Part shown: one piece after another, positions 8,670-18,531 of the stretch | How the letters are laid out: the number at the start of each line of letters is the position of its first letter | Position numbering within the stretch: the stretch's first letter is position 1 | Origin: Candidatus Kaiserbacteria bacterium | GTDB lineage: Bacteria > Patescibacteriota > Minisyncoccia > Phycocordibacterales > Phycocordibacteraceae | DNA: 64,000 bases | Assembly: GCA_016182485.1 (NCBI GenBank) | Contig: JACPGH010000002.1 | Coordinates: 26,608-90,607 of the forward strand | Reading direction: 5' to 3' | Position numbers and translations under genes: made by a program | The notes under the pieces: generated by a model | Databases searched by the model: none | The model's input: only the letters and a program-made list of their open reading frames with translations | Told to the model about the DNA's origin: nothing

Positions 8670-11348
8670 ATGCCTCCTCCTTTCACTAATTTCACAACCA
8701 AAGCCAAGGAAGCGGTCCGCCGCGCGCATGAGCTCGCTATCGAGCGCGGGCAGAACCATGTCTCGCCGCTCCATCTTCTCGCGGCGCTCGTGCTGCAGGA
8801 AGAGTCGCTCGTTTTTTCCATCCTCGACCGGATGGAGATAGACGCGATCATGTTCACCGATGCCGTCCTCGAACAGCTGGAAACGCCCGAGAGCGCGTCA
8901 GTCCTCTCGCCCTCCTACCAGATTTATCTCACGCCGGATCTCGCACAGGCGCTCGAGGCGGCCGGGAAGATCGCCGCGCGCTTGAACGATACTTTCGTCG
9001 GTACCGAACATCTTTTCTTGGCGATAATCGAGCATCCGGGAGTCGCCGCCGACGTTCTCTCGCGCTTCTCTATCCAGCAAGCGTCCGCGCTCGCGGTACT
9101 GAAGGAGCTCAAGACCACTAAGGACGGAAGCTCCGCGGAGCCGAAACGCTTCCGCGCCCTCGCGAAATACGCGCGGAATCTCACCAAGCTCGCCGCCGAG
9201 AACAAGCTTGATCCGGTGATCGGCCGCGACGTGGAAATTAACCGGGTCATCCAGATCCTCGCGCGCCGCACGAAGAACAACCCGATACTTATCGGCGAGG
9301 CGGGCGTCGGCAAGACGGCGATCGCCGAGGGGCTTGCGGCGCGCATGGCCGTAGGCGACGTCCCGGAGACGCTGAAAGGGAAGGAATTGCTCTCGCTCGA
9401 TCTCGGGCTTATGATCGCCGGCACGAAATATCGCGGAGAATTCGAAGAGCGCATGAAGAACGTGATGAAAGAAGTCGAGCGGTCGGAAGGCAAGGTCGTC
9501 CTCTTCGTGGACGAGTTGCACACGCTCGTGGGCGCGGGCGGAGCCGAAGGCAGCCTCGACGCTTCGAATATGCTGAAGCCCGCGCTCTCCCGCGGCGAGA
9601 TCCGCGTCATCGGCGCGACCACGCTCAAGGAATATCAAAAATACATCGAGAAAGACGCGGCGCTCACCAGACGGTTTCAATCGGTGTTCGTGCAGGAGCC
9701 TTCAGTCGAGGACGGCATCGCGATACTGCGAGGGCTCCGCGATAAATATGAGCTCTATCACGGCGTGCGTATCACCGACGGCGCCATCGTAGCGGCCGTC
9801 GAGCTCTCGGCGCGCTACATCAGCGATCGCTTCCTGCCCGATAAGGCGATAGATCTTATCGATGAATCCGCCTCCGGACTGCGTATCGCTCTTGAGAACA
9901 AGCCTCCCTTGCTCGAAGAGACCGACCGCAAGATCCGCCGGCTGGAGATAGAGCGCCAGGCGCTCCAGAAAGACGTCGATGGCGAGCATTCTTCCGAGAT
10001 CAAAGAGCGCATCAAGGATATCGATGTCGAAGTGGCCGATCTTAAAGAGAAGACGGCCGAGCTCGGTCTCAAGTGGAAGAACGAGAAGGAAGTGTTGACC
10101 GAGATACGGGCGGCGAAGAACGAGCTCGAGAAGCTCAAGGTGCAGGCGGAGAAGGCCGAGGCCGCCGCCGACCTCGGCACGGTCGCGGAGATCCGCTACG
10201 GCCGTATCCCGCATATCCAGCGCGATCTCGAGACCAAGCTCAAGCGGCTCAAAACATTGCAGAAATCTCGGCGCGTACTGAATGAAGAAGTTACCGAACA
10301 GGATATCGCTTCTGTGGTCTCCCGCTGGACGGGCATCCCGGTACAGCGAATGCTCGAAGAGGAAGCGGCGAAACTCGCGCGCATGGAGGAAGCGCTTAAA
10401 GCAGGCATCATCGGACAAAATCCCGCAGTGCAGAAAGTTACGAACGCAGTGAAGCGCTCGCGGGTGGGAATCAGCGACCCGAATCGCCCTATCGGCTCCT
10501 TCCTCTTTCTCGGCCCGACCGGGGTAGGGAAGACGGAGCTCTCGAAGAAGCTCGCGGAATTCATGTTCAACGATGCCGACGCTCTGGTGCGAGTGGATAT
10601 GAGCGAATTCATGGAGAGGCACTCGGTGGCGAAATTGATCGGCGCGCCGCCGGGCTACGTGGGCTATGAGGAATCAGGCCTGCTCACCGAGCGCATCCGC
10701 CATCGTCCCTACGCGGTCGTGCTATTCGACGAAATCGAGAAGGCGCACCCCGAGGTTTTCAATATTCTGCTCCAGGTCCTCGACTCGGGGCACTTGACCG
10801 ACGGTAAGGGCCGCAAGGTCAATTTCAAGAACACGATCATCGTGCTGACCAGTAACATCGGCGGGGAATTCATCGATAAGTTGGCGCACATCGGCTTCGG
10901 GACGGCTGGCGCCACCGACGCGTCGCGTTACGAAGAGACTAAGGAGAAGATAATGAGCGAGCTGCGCGAGCACTTCCGCCCGGAATTCTTGAACCGCCTG
11001 GACGACATCATCATCTTCGACGTTCTCTCGAAGGAGGCGCTGGCCGAGATAGTGCACAATCAGGTGGAGGAGGTCGTGAAGCGGCTCGCGCACAAGCGCA
11101 TCACGCTCGTCATCTCGCCGGAAGTCCGTACGTGGCTCGCCGAGAAAGGATACAATCCCGAATACGGCGCCCGGCCGCTGCGGCGAACTATTCAGGATAA
11201 GATACTCACGCCGCTCGCATCGCTCATGGTCTCGCAGGGCGTGCTTGAGGGCGGCACGGTTGCAGTCAGCGTGAGGAACGACGAGCCGAGTTTCGAAGTA
11301 AGAAAGAAAGTGCGAGCGGGCCTTAAGAAAGAAGCCGCGGTTGCCTAA
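8670..11348 (+). CDS. clpB: ATP-dependent chaperone ClpB
   Basis: Length 892 aa. It has two AAA+ modules (GEAGVGKT; GPTGVGKTE) separated by a long coiled-coil middle domain. A Clp N-domain is present. Confidence 0.95.
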   Translation: MPPPFTNFTTKAKEAVRRAHELAIERGQNHVSPLHLLAALVLQEESLVFSILDRMEIDAIMFTDAVLEQLETPESASVLSPSYQIYLTPDLAQALEAAGKIAARLNDTFVGTEHLFLAIIEHPGVAADVLSRFSIQQASALAVLKELKTTKDGSSAEPKRFRALAKYARNLTKLAAENKLDPVIGRDVEINRVIQILARRTKNNPILIGEAGVGKTAIAEGLAARMAVGDVPETLKGKELLSLDLGLMIAGTKYRGEFEERMKNVMKEVERSEGKVVLFVDELHTLVGAGGAEGSLDASNMLKPALSRGEIRVIGATTLKEYQKYIEKDAALTRRFQSVFVQEPSVEDGIAILRGLRDKYELYHGVRITDGAIVAAVELSARYISDRFLPDKAIDLIDESASGLRIALENKPPLLEETDRKIRRLEIERQALQKDVDGEHSSEIKERIKDIDVEVADLKEKTAELGLKWKNEKEVLTEIRAAKNELEKLKVQAEKAEAAADLGTVAEIRYGRIPHIQRDLETKLKRLKTLQKSRRVLNEEVTEQDIASVVSRWTGIPVQRMLEEEAAKLARMEEALKAGIIGQNPAVQKVTNAVKRSRVGISDPNRPIGSFLFLGPTGVGKTELSKKLAEFMFNDADALVRVDMSEFMERHSVAKLIGAPPGYVGYEESGLLTERIRHRPYAVVLFDEIEKAHPEVFNILLQVLDSGHLTDGKGRKVNFKNTIIVLTSNIGGEFIDKLAHIGFGTAGATDASRYEETKEKIMSELREHFRPEFLNRLDDIIIFDVLSKEALAEIVHNQVEEVVKRLAHKRITLVISPEVRTWLAEKGYNPEYGARPLRRTIQDKILTPLASLMVSQGVLEGGTVAVSVRNDEPSFEVRKKVRAGLKKEAAVA

Positions 11349-11364
11349 GCTACGCCAGCACCGG

Positions 11365-11440
11365 TGTGAAGGTCTGACCTTCACATCGAAAAAGTCTGAT
11401 AAAATATACGTATATTGTATGTGAAGGTCTGACCTTCACA
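11365..11440. repeat. paired 21-bp perfect palindromes TGTGAAGGTCTGACCTTCACA x2 (locus 1, 34-nt AT-rich spacer)
   Basis: Exact 10-1-10 palindromes sit at 11365..11385 and 11420..11440, between convergent clpB and a minus-strand small gene. Confidence 0.85.
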
Positions 11441-11533
11441 GGTACGAGCTGGCGCAATCGCCAGCTTTCGGCGTGTAAAAACAACGCGGCGCGTGGAGGG
11501 AACCTCCACACGCCGCTGGGGCGCTCGCCATGC

Positions 11534-11848
11534 TCACTTCTTCGGGAGCTTGCACTCCGTCTCACCCGACGGGGAGACCGTGCAGGTGACAGGGCCCGAG
11601 TTCTTCTGCAAGTAGTACGCGATGATGCCGATCTGCGTCGACGTAGCTTCCTTGCCGGCGCAATCGAGTTTCAGCACCGCGTCGTCTGGAGAACGCGCCT
11701 CGGTTGACTTCATGGTACATGGGATGTCTCGCGCAGCCATGCTTGAGTGCCGTGGGACAGCATAGGCCACCGCTTGAATAGCGGCGGCCACAGCGATGAG
11801 CAGCGCGATGAGAAGTTGTGCTGGGAACGGTAGAATGAGGCGCTTCAT
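11534..11848 (-). CDS. small secreted protein (signal peptide, Cys-containing)
   Basis: Start MKRLILPFPAQLLIALLIAVAAA is preceded by AGGAGG. The longer ORF in the track (to 12313) has an Arg/Pro-rich N-terminal extension that looks spurious. Confidence 0.6.
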   Translation of the reverse strand: MKRLILPFPAQLLIALLIAVAAAIQAVAYAVPRHSSMAARDIPCTMKSTEARSPDDAVLKLDCAGKEATSTQIGIIAYYLQKNSGPVTCTVSPSGETECKLPKK

Positions 11849-12456
11849 GACCGCACCTCCTGCTCGTGGCGCTCGATCATGATCGAAGGGCAGACCTTCT
11901 GCTTCTGTGCGGCGAACCATTCGCCGAGGATTTCGAAGAAGGTCGGCGCTGTCGGGACATGCGCCTCCGCCTTCTCTCGCTCCGCGCGCCAGCGCCGAAG
12001 GCGTCGCTGGTACTGCCATTCGTTCACGCGGTTCCCAGCGGCCTTGATGCCCCAGATGAACAGGACGACTCCGACGATGCCGCCCGCGGTGAGCGAATAG
12101 GCGGAACCGCCGAAGAGGGTCATTGGCAGGACGGTGAAGACCGCTATCAGGAGGCCGTACAGGATCACGTGAAGCGTGAGAATGAGTGGTGCGTAGACGA
12201 GCGTGACCCTCAGGAAGAAGCAGAGATTGGTGTGCTTGATCCATGAGGCAGTGTCTCTGTCCCGGAAGGCATCGTAGATGCCAAGGGACCATAGGAACCA
12301 TCGAACGTACCATTGCCGGTCGTCGAGAGTCATTAGGTATCCTTTCTCCGCCTCAATGCGGCATTCGACAAGGAACTGCTTGAGCCGCTGCTGGCGAGTC
12401 CCAACGACGCGCCAATTCCGGGCCGAAGTATGCTCCACCGGAAGGCTTGTTGTCAA
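11845..12456 (-). CDS. hypothetical membrane protein
   Basis: It has multiple TM helices. Its stop overlaps the start of the downstream small secreted-protein gene (ATGA), so the pair looks like an operon. Confidence 0.55.
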   Translation of the reverse strand: MTTSLPVEHTSARNWRVVGTRQQRLKQFLVECRIEAEKGYLMTLDDRQWYVRWFLWSLGIYDAFRDRDTASWIKHTNLCFFLRVTLVYAPLILTLHVILYGLLIAVFTVLPMTLFGGSAYSLTAGGIVGVVLFIWGIKAAGNRVNEWQYQRRLRRWRAEREKAEAHVPTAPTFFEILGEWFAAQKQKVCPSIMIERHEQEVRS

Positions 12457-12527
12457 GGTTCGCCAGCGGTCGCTCAGGACATAAGCGAGAGATTGCTTCC
12501 TGGGTTCTTGTTTGTTATATTTTTAAT

Positions 12528-12698
12528 ATGTCCCAAGACCGAATCATACGGATGCAGTCCTCCGCCTCGAAACACGTATTGATAACCCGCAAGAACAAAA
12601 AAGCGGTGCAGCGTAAGATCGAACTTACGAAATACGATCCTGTCGCTCGGAAGCGCGTGGTGTACAAAGAAATCAAGTGGAAGGGTAAGGGAGGATAA
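12528..12698 (+). CDS. rpmG: 50S ribosomal protein L33
   Basis: MSQDRIIRMQSSASKHVLITRKNKKAVQRKIELTKYDPVARKRVVYKEIK matches the L33 pattern (TKNKK...KFDPV...H.IYKEIK). Confidence 0.8.
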   Translation: MSQDRIIRMQSSASKHVLITRKNKKAVQRKIELTKYDPVARKRVVYKEIKWKGKGG

Positions 12699-12700
12699 AT

Positions 12701-12728
12701 CGAAAGCCCCGCGTCCGCGGGGCTTTCG
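12701..12728 (+). terminator. hairpin terminator after rpmG
   Basis: CGAAAGCCCCGCG-TCC-CGCGGGGCTTTCG followed by ATTTGG. Confidence 0.5.
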
Positions 12729-12925
12729 ATTTGGCGGGCTTCGCCTCGCCGAAGGTTCGTTTTTTGCGAACCGAAGGCGGGTCCACGAGGAGTCGGACCT
12801 CGGCTATCGCTTTTGGAGAGCGACGTTCTACCGTTAAACTATGGACCCCAACAGCTTTACGATAACAGAGAGTGGGCAGTGGGGAAAGCGGCGTTCGGAC
12901 TGGATACGGACGGTATCATGTAGAC

Positions 12926-14053
12926 ATGCGTTCTCGCACGTTCCTTCTCTTTGTCGCGTTCATGGCCGTTCTGTTCGTTCCTCAGCTCGCAGAAGCCCGC
13001 ATCCCGTTCTTCGGCCCGATTCTTCCAAGCGAGGCCTTTAACCCCGCATTGTGCCCGACCGGACTCGGCTGGGGAGCGGTCATAGTCGTCATCAACAATG
13101 TCATCGAGTTCGCGCTCACGATTATCCTCGTCTTCCTCGCGCCGATCATGATCGCCTACTCCGGATTCCTCTACGTCGTGAATCCCTTCAAGCCAGATGG
13201 GTTGGCGAAGGCGAGGTCACTTCTCCTCAGTACTGTCGTCGGCATAGTCGTGGCGCTTGGCGCCTGGATGATCGTGAGCGCGCTCATGGCGGTGCTCTAT
13301 CATCCGGATCCGAACAAGGGATTTACGGAAAATTGGGCCAGCATCATTAATTCCGGCGGGCAGGGGCTATGCCTTTCGCAACAAGGGGCGGCTCCTTCTT
13401 CTGGAGGGGGGTCAGTCACGGTGATAGGAGTCGAGCCGATTACGCAGCCAACGCCCGTTACGCCGCCCACTTCTGGCGGCCCTTCTATGAGTCAGACAGC
13501 TATACAAACCGCTGCGAACAAGGCCCAGCCCTATCGGAATCAAGTCTGCGCGGCGGCTTCCGTTAATGGCATTTCTGGCCAATGCAACCAACTGCTCGGT
13601 ATTCTCGGGGTCGAATCAAATGGAAATCCAAATGCCCGTCCTCCGGGCGGCGGAGAAGGCGAGATAGGTCTCATGCAGCTTAAGCCGAGCACCGCGGCGA
13701 TGAACGGCGTCGCTGCATGCGTTGGCTCATCGGACCTTTCTCCGTCGGCGGAGTGCGCAGCCAGATTGCAAGACCCAACGGCGAACATTAATGCCGGTGT
13801 TCGATATTATGCGGGGCTGTATCGCGAATTCCGCGACTCTAGAAATGCAACAGCCGCATATAACGGCGGGAATGGTCGCGGCAGTAATGCGGACGGCACT
13901 CGACAAGCATTTGCGCCAAGCAGGGATTGTATCCCTCCGACATATCCCTCGGGCATGTATGCGTGGGAATGCCCCATTAATCCGGGCGGCTTTGCGGGCA
14001 CGCAAAGTTACGTCGCCAACGTCGCATCTGTTGCCGCCAGAGTAGCAAATTAG
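12926..14053 (+). CDS. membrane-bound lytic transglycosylase (SLT domain) with N-terminal two-TM module
   Basis: The C-terminal part (GILGVESNGNP...GEIGLMQLKPSTA...NINAGVRYYAGLY...AAYNGG) is an SLT domain. The N-terminus has two TM helices. The MRSRTFLL start is preferred over the upstream GTG. Confidence 0.7.
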   Translation: MRSRTFLLFVAFMAVLFVPQLAEARIPFFGPILPSEAFNPALCPTGLGWGAVIVVINNVIEFALTIILVFLAPIMIAYSGFLYVVNPFKPDGLAKARSLLLSTVVGIVVALGAWMIVSALMAVLYHPDPNKGFTENWASIINSGGQGLCLSQQGAAPSSGGGSVTVIGVEPITQPTPVTPPTSGGPSMSQTAIQTAANKAQPYRNQVCAAASVNGISGQCNQLLGILGVESNGNPNARPPGGGEGEIGLMQLKPSTAAMNGVAACVGSSDLSPSAECAARLQDPTANINAGVRYYAGLYREFRDSRNATAAYNGGNGRGSNADGTRQAFAPSRDCIPPTYPSGMYAWECPINPGGFAGTQSYVANVASVAARVAN

Positions 14054-14070
14054 GACATCGGATGTCCTAA
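14050..14070. terminator. 21-bp perfect palindrome TTAGGACATCGGATGTCCTAA containing the stop codons of both convergent genes
   Basis: A 10-1-10 palindrome. The TAG of the SLT gene and the TAA of miaA (minus strand) both lie inside it. Confidence 0.6.
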
Positions 14071-14970
14071 TTTCCGCAGCCAAGCCTTCTGCCGGCGCGC
14101 GTATTGCCAGAGCTTCGCTGAAAGGATAGGGAATAATTTTCTCTCAAGCCGCGCTGCGTCCTCTGTAGCCTTGGCGGAGGAGGAGAGGAACTCGCCGACT
14201 ATTTTGTATTCAAGCCCGAGTTCGTTCAGGCGCGCATCGCCCGCGGCTTCACGCACGCGCCGCACTTCCTCAATGAGGCCGCGCTCGAAGGCGCGCGCGA
14301 GACGGGCGCCGATGCGCGCGCGTAGCTCTTCAGCCGGCGGGTCAATCACGATCCATTCCGGAGCAAATGTTAGGACATCCGATGTCCTAGTTTCAGAATG
14401 CATGTCGGGACATCGGATGTCCCTGGCCCGGGGCGGGACGGTGCCGTTGGCAGCGATTATCTCGAGCGCGCGGATGAGCCGGCGGCGGTTCTGCGGATCG
14501 AGTTCCGCCGCGCGGCGCGGGTCCTGTTCTCTAATTCGCGCGAATAGTTCTTCAGTCGGGAGTAATTCCAGTTTCTCGCGCAGTTCCGGATTCGCATCGA
14601 CTCCTGCGGGCAAGCCATGCAGCAAAGCATCAAAATAGAAATGCGTGCCGCCGACAAGAATGGGCAGTTTGCCTCGCGCTACAATTTCGGGGATTAATCT
14701 ACACGCATCGTTGACGAAATCTCCGGCGGAATACGTTTCGGCCACGTTCCGTATATCGATGAGATGATGCGGCACGCCGCGACGCTCGTCTGCCGGCATT
14801 TTCTCCGTGCCGATATCGAGTCCGCGATAGACCTGCCGCGAATCGACCGAGATTATCTCGCCGTCCCGCGCGAGCGCTTCTTCGACCGCTCGGGCGGATT
14901 TCCCCGAAGCGGTCGGGCCGGCGATACAAATTATATTGACCGGATTATGCCCGGTAGGACTAAATGGCAT
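14050..14970 (-). CDS. miaA: tRNA dimethylallyltransferase
   Basis: Shows the P-loop GPTASGKS, DSRQVYRGLDIGT and GGTHFYFDALL. Confidence 0.9.
   Translation of the reverse strand: MPFSPTGHNPVNIICIAGPTASGKSARAVEEALARDGEIISVDSRQVYRGLDIGTEKMPADERRGVPHHLIDIRNVAETYSAGDFVNDACRLIPEIVARGKLPILVGGTHFYFDALLHGLPAGVDANPELREKLELLPTEELFARIREQDPRRAAELDPQNRRRLIRALEIIAANGTVPPRARDIRCPDMHSETRTSDVLTFAPEWIVIDPPAEELRARIGARLARAFERGLIEEVRRVREAAGDARLNELGLEYKIVGEFLSSSAKATEDAARLERKLFPILSAKLWQYARRQKAWLRKLGHPMS
14370..14423. repeat. pair of GGACATCcGATGTCC palindromes embedded in-frame inside miaA
   Basis: TTAGGACATCCGATGTCCTAG at 14370..14390 and GGGACATCGGATGTCCC at 14407..14423. They encode RDIRCPDMHSETRTSDVL, which lies in a variable loop of MiaA. 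Confidence 0.6.
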
Positions 14971-15080
14971 TGCAGTACGCTTAATACGCTTTTAATACCA
15001 CTACAGGCATTAAGTGTATACTGTATAGCAATTATCAATCCGTTCACTTATCAAGTGATGCTATTTAATCCTAACCGGGT

Positions 15081-15746
15081 ATGAATGAAACCAAGAGCAA
15101 CTATTGTGCGCACTGCGGCGATTTCCACGATCCGGTAAGCGACTACGCCTCGCGGGTTAAAGTGGGCGAGAAAGTACCCGATTTCGAGTTCGAGGCGTAC
15201 CACGAGGACAAGATGAAAACGATGAGCCTCTCGGGAATTCGCGGGAAAGGAAGATGGACCGTGCTCGTCTTCTACCCGGCAGACTTCTCGTTCGTCTGCC
15301 CAACCGAGCTCGAGGAGCTCGCGAAACTTTACCCGAAATTCCAGGAGCTCAATGCCGAAATCGTATCGGTATCCTCAGACAGCGTCTACGTGCACAAGGC
15401 TTGGCATGACGCTTCGGAGGGCATCAGGCAGGTCCAGTTTCCGATGGCCGCGGACCCTTCCGGCAAGATCGCGCACGCCTTCGGCGTGCTAATCGAGGGC
15501 GGTGAGCCCGAGTTCATGGTGGATGAAGGATTCCCTCTGCGCGGCACGTTCATCATCGATCCTTCCGGCACCTTGCGCGCGATGGAAGTGAACGATAATT
15601 CTATCGGACGCAAGGGTACGGAGACGCTGCGCAAGCTACAGGCGGCGCAGTACGTGGAGGCGCACAAAGGGCAGGTTTGTCCGGCCTCGTGGGAGCCGGG
15701 CGAAGACACGCTTGAGCCGGGGCTCGGCCTCGTCGGGAAGTTGTAA
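15081..15746 (+). CDS. peroxiredoxin (typical 2-Cys, AhpC/Prx family) with N-terminal CxxC extension
   Basis: Contains FYPADFSFVCPTE and GQVCPASW. The N-terminus carries CAHCGDFHD. Confidence 0.9.
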   Translation: MNETKSNYCAHCGDFHDPVSDYASRVKVGEKVPDFEFEAYHEDKMKTMSLSGIRGKGRWTVLVFYPADFSFVCPTELEELAKLYPKFQELNAEIVSVSSDSVYVHKAWHDASEGIRQVQFPMAADPSGKIAHAFGVLIEGGEPEFMVDEGFPLRGTFIIDPSGTLRAMEVNDNSIGRKGTETLRKLQAAQYVEAHKGQVCPASWEPGEDTLEPGLGLVGKL

Positions 15747-15756
15747 AAAAGAATTC

Positions 15757-15783
15757 AGGCGTCCCGCGGGGAGCGGGACGCCT
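15757..15783 (+). terminator. GC-rich hairpin downstream of the peroxiredoxin gene
   Basis: AGGCGTCCCGC-GGGGA-GCGGGACGCCT. No clear T-tract follows. Confidence 0.4.
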
Positions 15784-16142
15784 GTTCATCGTCCTCGGCG
15801 TCACACCGAATGGTGTTCCGCCTTCCGGGACGGGGGAGGGCGCGAACTGGGCGTCCATGGCGGGCTAGAAGACCGGAGCCGAGACGCCGGGCTCGCGCCA
15901 TTCGACCCGAGCGTCCCGCACTTCCGCGCCGATGGCCCCGATCTGGGCACGTGCCTCCTTCTGAGCGCCCTGCACCGATGCGCAATCGTTGATCGGGATG
16001 ACGACTTCTCGGCGAAAGGTCACTTCGCCGATCCGACCTCTCACTACCACAACGAACACCGCGACGCACGCCATTTCAGGTCCCCCTTTCGATCAGCCTG
16101 CCGCTACTTTAACACGGATTTAATCTCGCCCGATATATTGCT

Positions 16143-17855
16143 TCACATCCGCGTCTTAAGCATGTCGCGCTTGATATCGTCGAAGGGGTCGATTGCTTGT
16201 CCCGAGCTTTGTCGAGGGACTTTTTTCCCGGGATTGAAAAGGTTAGTCGGATCAAAAATGTGCTTCGTTCGCTCGAAGAGCCGCATCATCTCCTCGCCGA
16301 ATACGAGCGGGAGGTAGGGCGTGCGGATGATTCCGTCGTTGTGCTCGCCGGTCGTCGTGCCGCCCTCCTTCACCACTAGATCGTAGACGCGCGGCCCGAG
16401 CTCGAGGATCACCTGTCGGTTCTCTTCCTTAGAAAGATCCATGAGCGGGATGATATGGAAGTTGCCGTTCCCGACGTGTCCGGCGATCGTGTACACGAAG
16501 TGCGAGGCGTATTCCTGTACGAGCGCATCGAGTTTCGGCAGGAAATCCGGATAGCTTGCGGGCGGCACGACGAAGTCGTCGATAAAGGGCGCCGTGTGCA
16601 GGTCGTGCACGTTCTTGCGCAGAAGATTGAAGCTCTCGCGCCGCACTATCCAATATTTCTCCGACTCTTTCTCATTCTTTTCTATTTTCGTTTGCAGATG
16701 CAGATCCGCCAATGCTGCCTCGGCCGCCGACGCTTTCGCGTCGGCGGCTTCCAGAGTATCTTCGGCAAATTCCGCCATTAGAAGCAGCTTCGGCACGCCG
16801 CCGGTCGCGACCAGCGCGGCCTCGGGAATGAATTCGATGCCGAGGCGAGCGGCCTTTACGAAGCCCATCTGGGCGAGCATTTGCGGAATGAATTTCACCG
16901 CGAGCTTGAAGGTGTGGTCGTCATAGGACTCGAACGATTCCGGTTCCTCGGCGAGGATGCGTTTAACGATCTCCGGCAGGGGAGCGAGGTCGTGCAGGAA
17001 GATTACGAGCATCGCGCGGTGCTCTTTCGGCCTGACGAGCGCGAGTTTCGCCTTCGTCCAGAGCGCGAGCGTGCCCTGGGAGCCGCAGATGAGCTTGGCT
17101 AGATTGAACGCGCCGGTTTGCGCGTCGCGAATGCTCCAGAGCGCGTAGCCGGCGGAGTTTTTCGAGACTTTCGGCCGGTGCGCTGCGATCAGCGCCGCAT
17201 TTTCAGAGAGAAGCGCGTCCATTTCTCGATAAATTTCGCCCTCGAGCGTCTGCAGTTTCTTTTTCTCCTCGACTTCGCCCGGAGTGAGCGATTTAAAAGT
17301 GGCTAACGAGCCGTCGGAGAGGACGACGTCGAGCTCTTCGACATATTTCTCTGTTTTGCCGTATTTAAGAGTGCGCTCTCCGCCGGAATTGTTCGCCACG
17401 ATGCCGCCCATCGCGCACAGCTCGCGGCTCGCGGGATAAGAAGGGAGGAGAAGTCCTTTTTCGAGCGTGGCCTTCTCAAAGTCGCGATAGAGCACGCCTG
17501 GTTCGGTGACGGCGAAGCCACCTATACCTCGCTGCGGCTCGGTATCTTCGCTGTGCTCGACCTCTCCGATGTGGTTCAGGTGTTCAAGGGAAACTACGAC
17601 GCTCCGCGTGAGCGGGCCGCCGGACATGTCAGTGCCGGCGGCCCGTGCTGTGAGCGAAACGTCAGGCCGTTCACCCTGAGCTTGTCGAAGGGCCTTCACG
17701 AGCGCGCTCACATCCTCCGCGTCTTTCGGGTACGCGACCAGCTCCGGCCTCCGTTCGAAAAGAGAAGTATCCCGCGAGAATTTCGTGAGCGTCTCCGCAT
17801 CATCCGCCACTTCTCCCCGAATCGCCGCCCCCAAGATATTTTTTAAATTTGCCAT
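16143..17855 (-). CDS. FAD-linked oxidase (GlcD / D-lactate dehydrogenase family, PCMH-type FAD-binding domain)
   Basis: The N-terminal FAD-binding domain reads PKDAEDVSALVKA...AAGTDMSGGPL. The MANLKNIL start is preferred. Confidence 0.8.
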   Translation of the reverse strand: MANLKNILGAAIRGEVADDAETLTKFSRDTSLFERRPELVAYPKDAEDVSALVKALRQAQGERPDVSLTARAAGTDMSGGPLTRSVVVSLEHLNHIGEVEHSEDTEPQRGIGGFAVTEPGVLYRDFEKATLEKGLLLPSYPASRELCAMGGIVANNSGGERTLKYGKTEKYVEELDVVLSDGSLATFKSLTPGEVEEKKKLQTLEGEIYREMDALLSENAALIAAHRPKVSKNSAGYALWSIRDAQTGAFNLAKLICGSQGTLALWTKAKLALVRPKEHRAMLVIFLHDLAPLPEIVKRILAEEPESFESYDDHTFKLAVKFIPQMLAQMGFVKAARLGIEFIPEAALVATGGVPKLLLMAEFAEDTLEAADAKASAAEAALADLHLQTKIEKNEKESEKYWIVRRESFNLLRKNVHDLHTAPFIDDFVVPPASYPDFLPKLDALVQEYASHFVYTIAGHVGNGNFHIIPLMDLSKEENRQVILELGPRVYDLVVKEGGTTTGEHNDGIIRTPYLPLVFGEEMMRLFERTKHIFDPTNLFNPGKKVPRQSSGQAIDPFDDIKRDMLKTRM

Positions 17856-17958
17856 TGTGCACAGTATAACCTTTCCACGCATATGCACACTTCATGAAGT
17901 GCTAGCCCCCGCTTAAAACACGGCGGGAAATGGGCCTCCTAAAGCGTCGGGAAAATAC

Positions 17959-18531
17959 CTAAAAAGTCTCTAGAGCAAGCCTCGCGCCGACGACAAACGA
18001 AAACTCCTTTTTGGCTTCGGCTTCTTCTTTAAGTTGTGAAAGCAGCGACGAGCGCAGGGGTTCGTTAGTACGAAAACACTTATCTATGGCCTTTTGTATG
18101 CGATTTAGCAGCTCCTGTCGGCGCTCTAAAAGTTCGGTCCGATTGAGCTCAATGTCGATAATTGTTAGTTCACCCCTCTCACTACCACCCCTCTGGAAGA
18201 TATATGCCCCTGAAGCCACTACAGAATCATTCGGATCTTCCGAGTAAGGGTTAATATACGGCATTCTATCCTCGTACTTGGTCCCTTTGGCGTTATTGCA
18301 TCGCTGGCAGACGAAACCGAGATTATTCCACTCGAACTCGAGTTCAGGATATCTACCCTTAGGCTGGATGTGCTCGACATCGCCAAATGATGTATCTCTG
18401 ACGTAGGCTTCGCAGTACATACATTTACCACTGGAGGCATCGATTAAAGCCGCCTTGTTATCTGCGTGCTTATAATCGCCAGCCGTAAGTCGGTCAGGTC
18501 TTGGACAGGTCGGGCGATGCAGTCTGATCAT
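17959..18531 (-). CDS. ptuB: HNH endonuclease, Septu PtuB-like
   Basis: Length 190 aa with CMYCE...DVEHIQPKG...FVCQRCNNAKG (His-Me finger). Its start overlaps the stop of the upstream ATPase gene (ATGA). Confidence 0.65.
   Translation of the reverse strand: MIRLHRPTCPRPDRLTAGDYKHADNKAALIDASSGKCMYCEAYVRDTSFGDVEHIQPKGRYPELEFEWNNLGFVCQRCNNAKGTKYEDRMPYINPYSEDPNDSVVASGAYIFQRGGSERGELTIIDIELNRTELLERRQELLNRIQKAIDKCFRTNEPLRSSLLSQLKEEAEAKKEFSFVVGARLALETF

Noticed and set aside
11849-12313. N-terminal 155-aa extension of the small secreted-protein ORF (track ORF 11534..12313)
   Set aside because: The extension is Arg/Pro-rich junk that overlaps the better-supported membrane-protein gene. A strong AGGAGG RBS precedes the internal MKRLIL start.
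12730-12870. Possible riboswitch or ncRNA upstream of the lytic transglycosylase gene
   Set aside because: It has only short imperfect hairpins and no recognisable conserved motif.
15755-16140. ORFs 15755..16069, 15810..15992 and 15865..16074 in the GC-rich gap
   Set aside because: All frames give Arg/Pro/Gly-rich low-complexity peptides with no RBS. They are likely non-coding.
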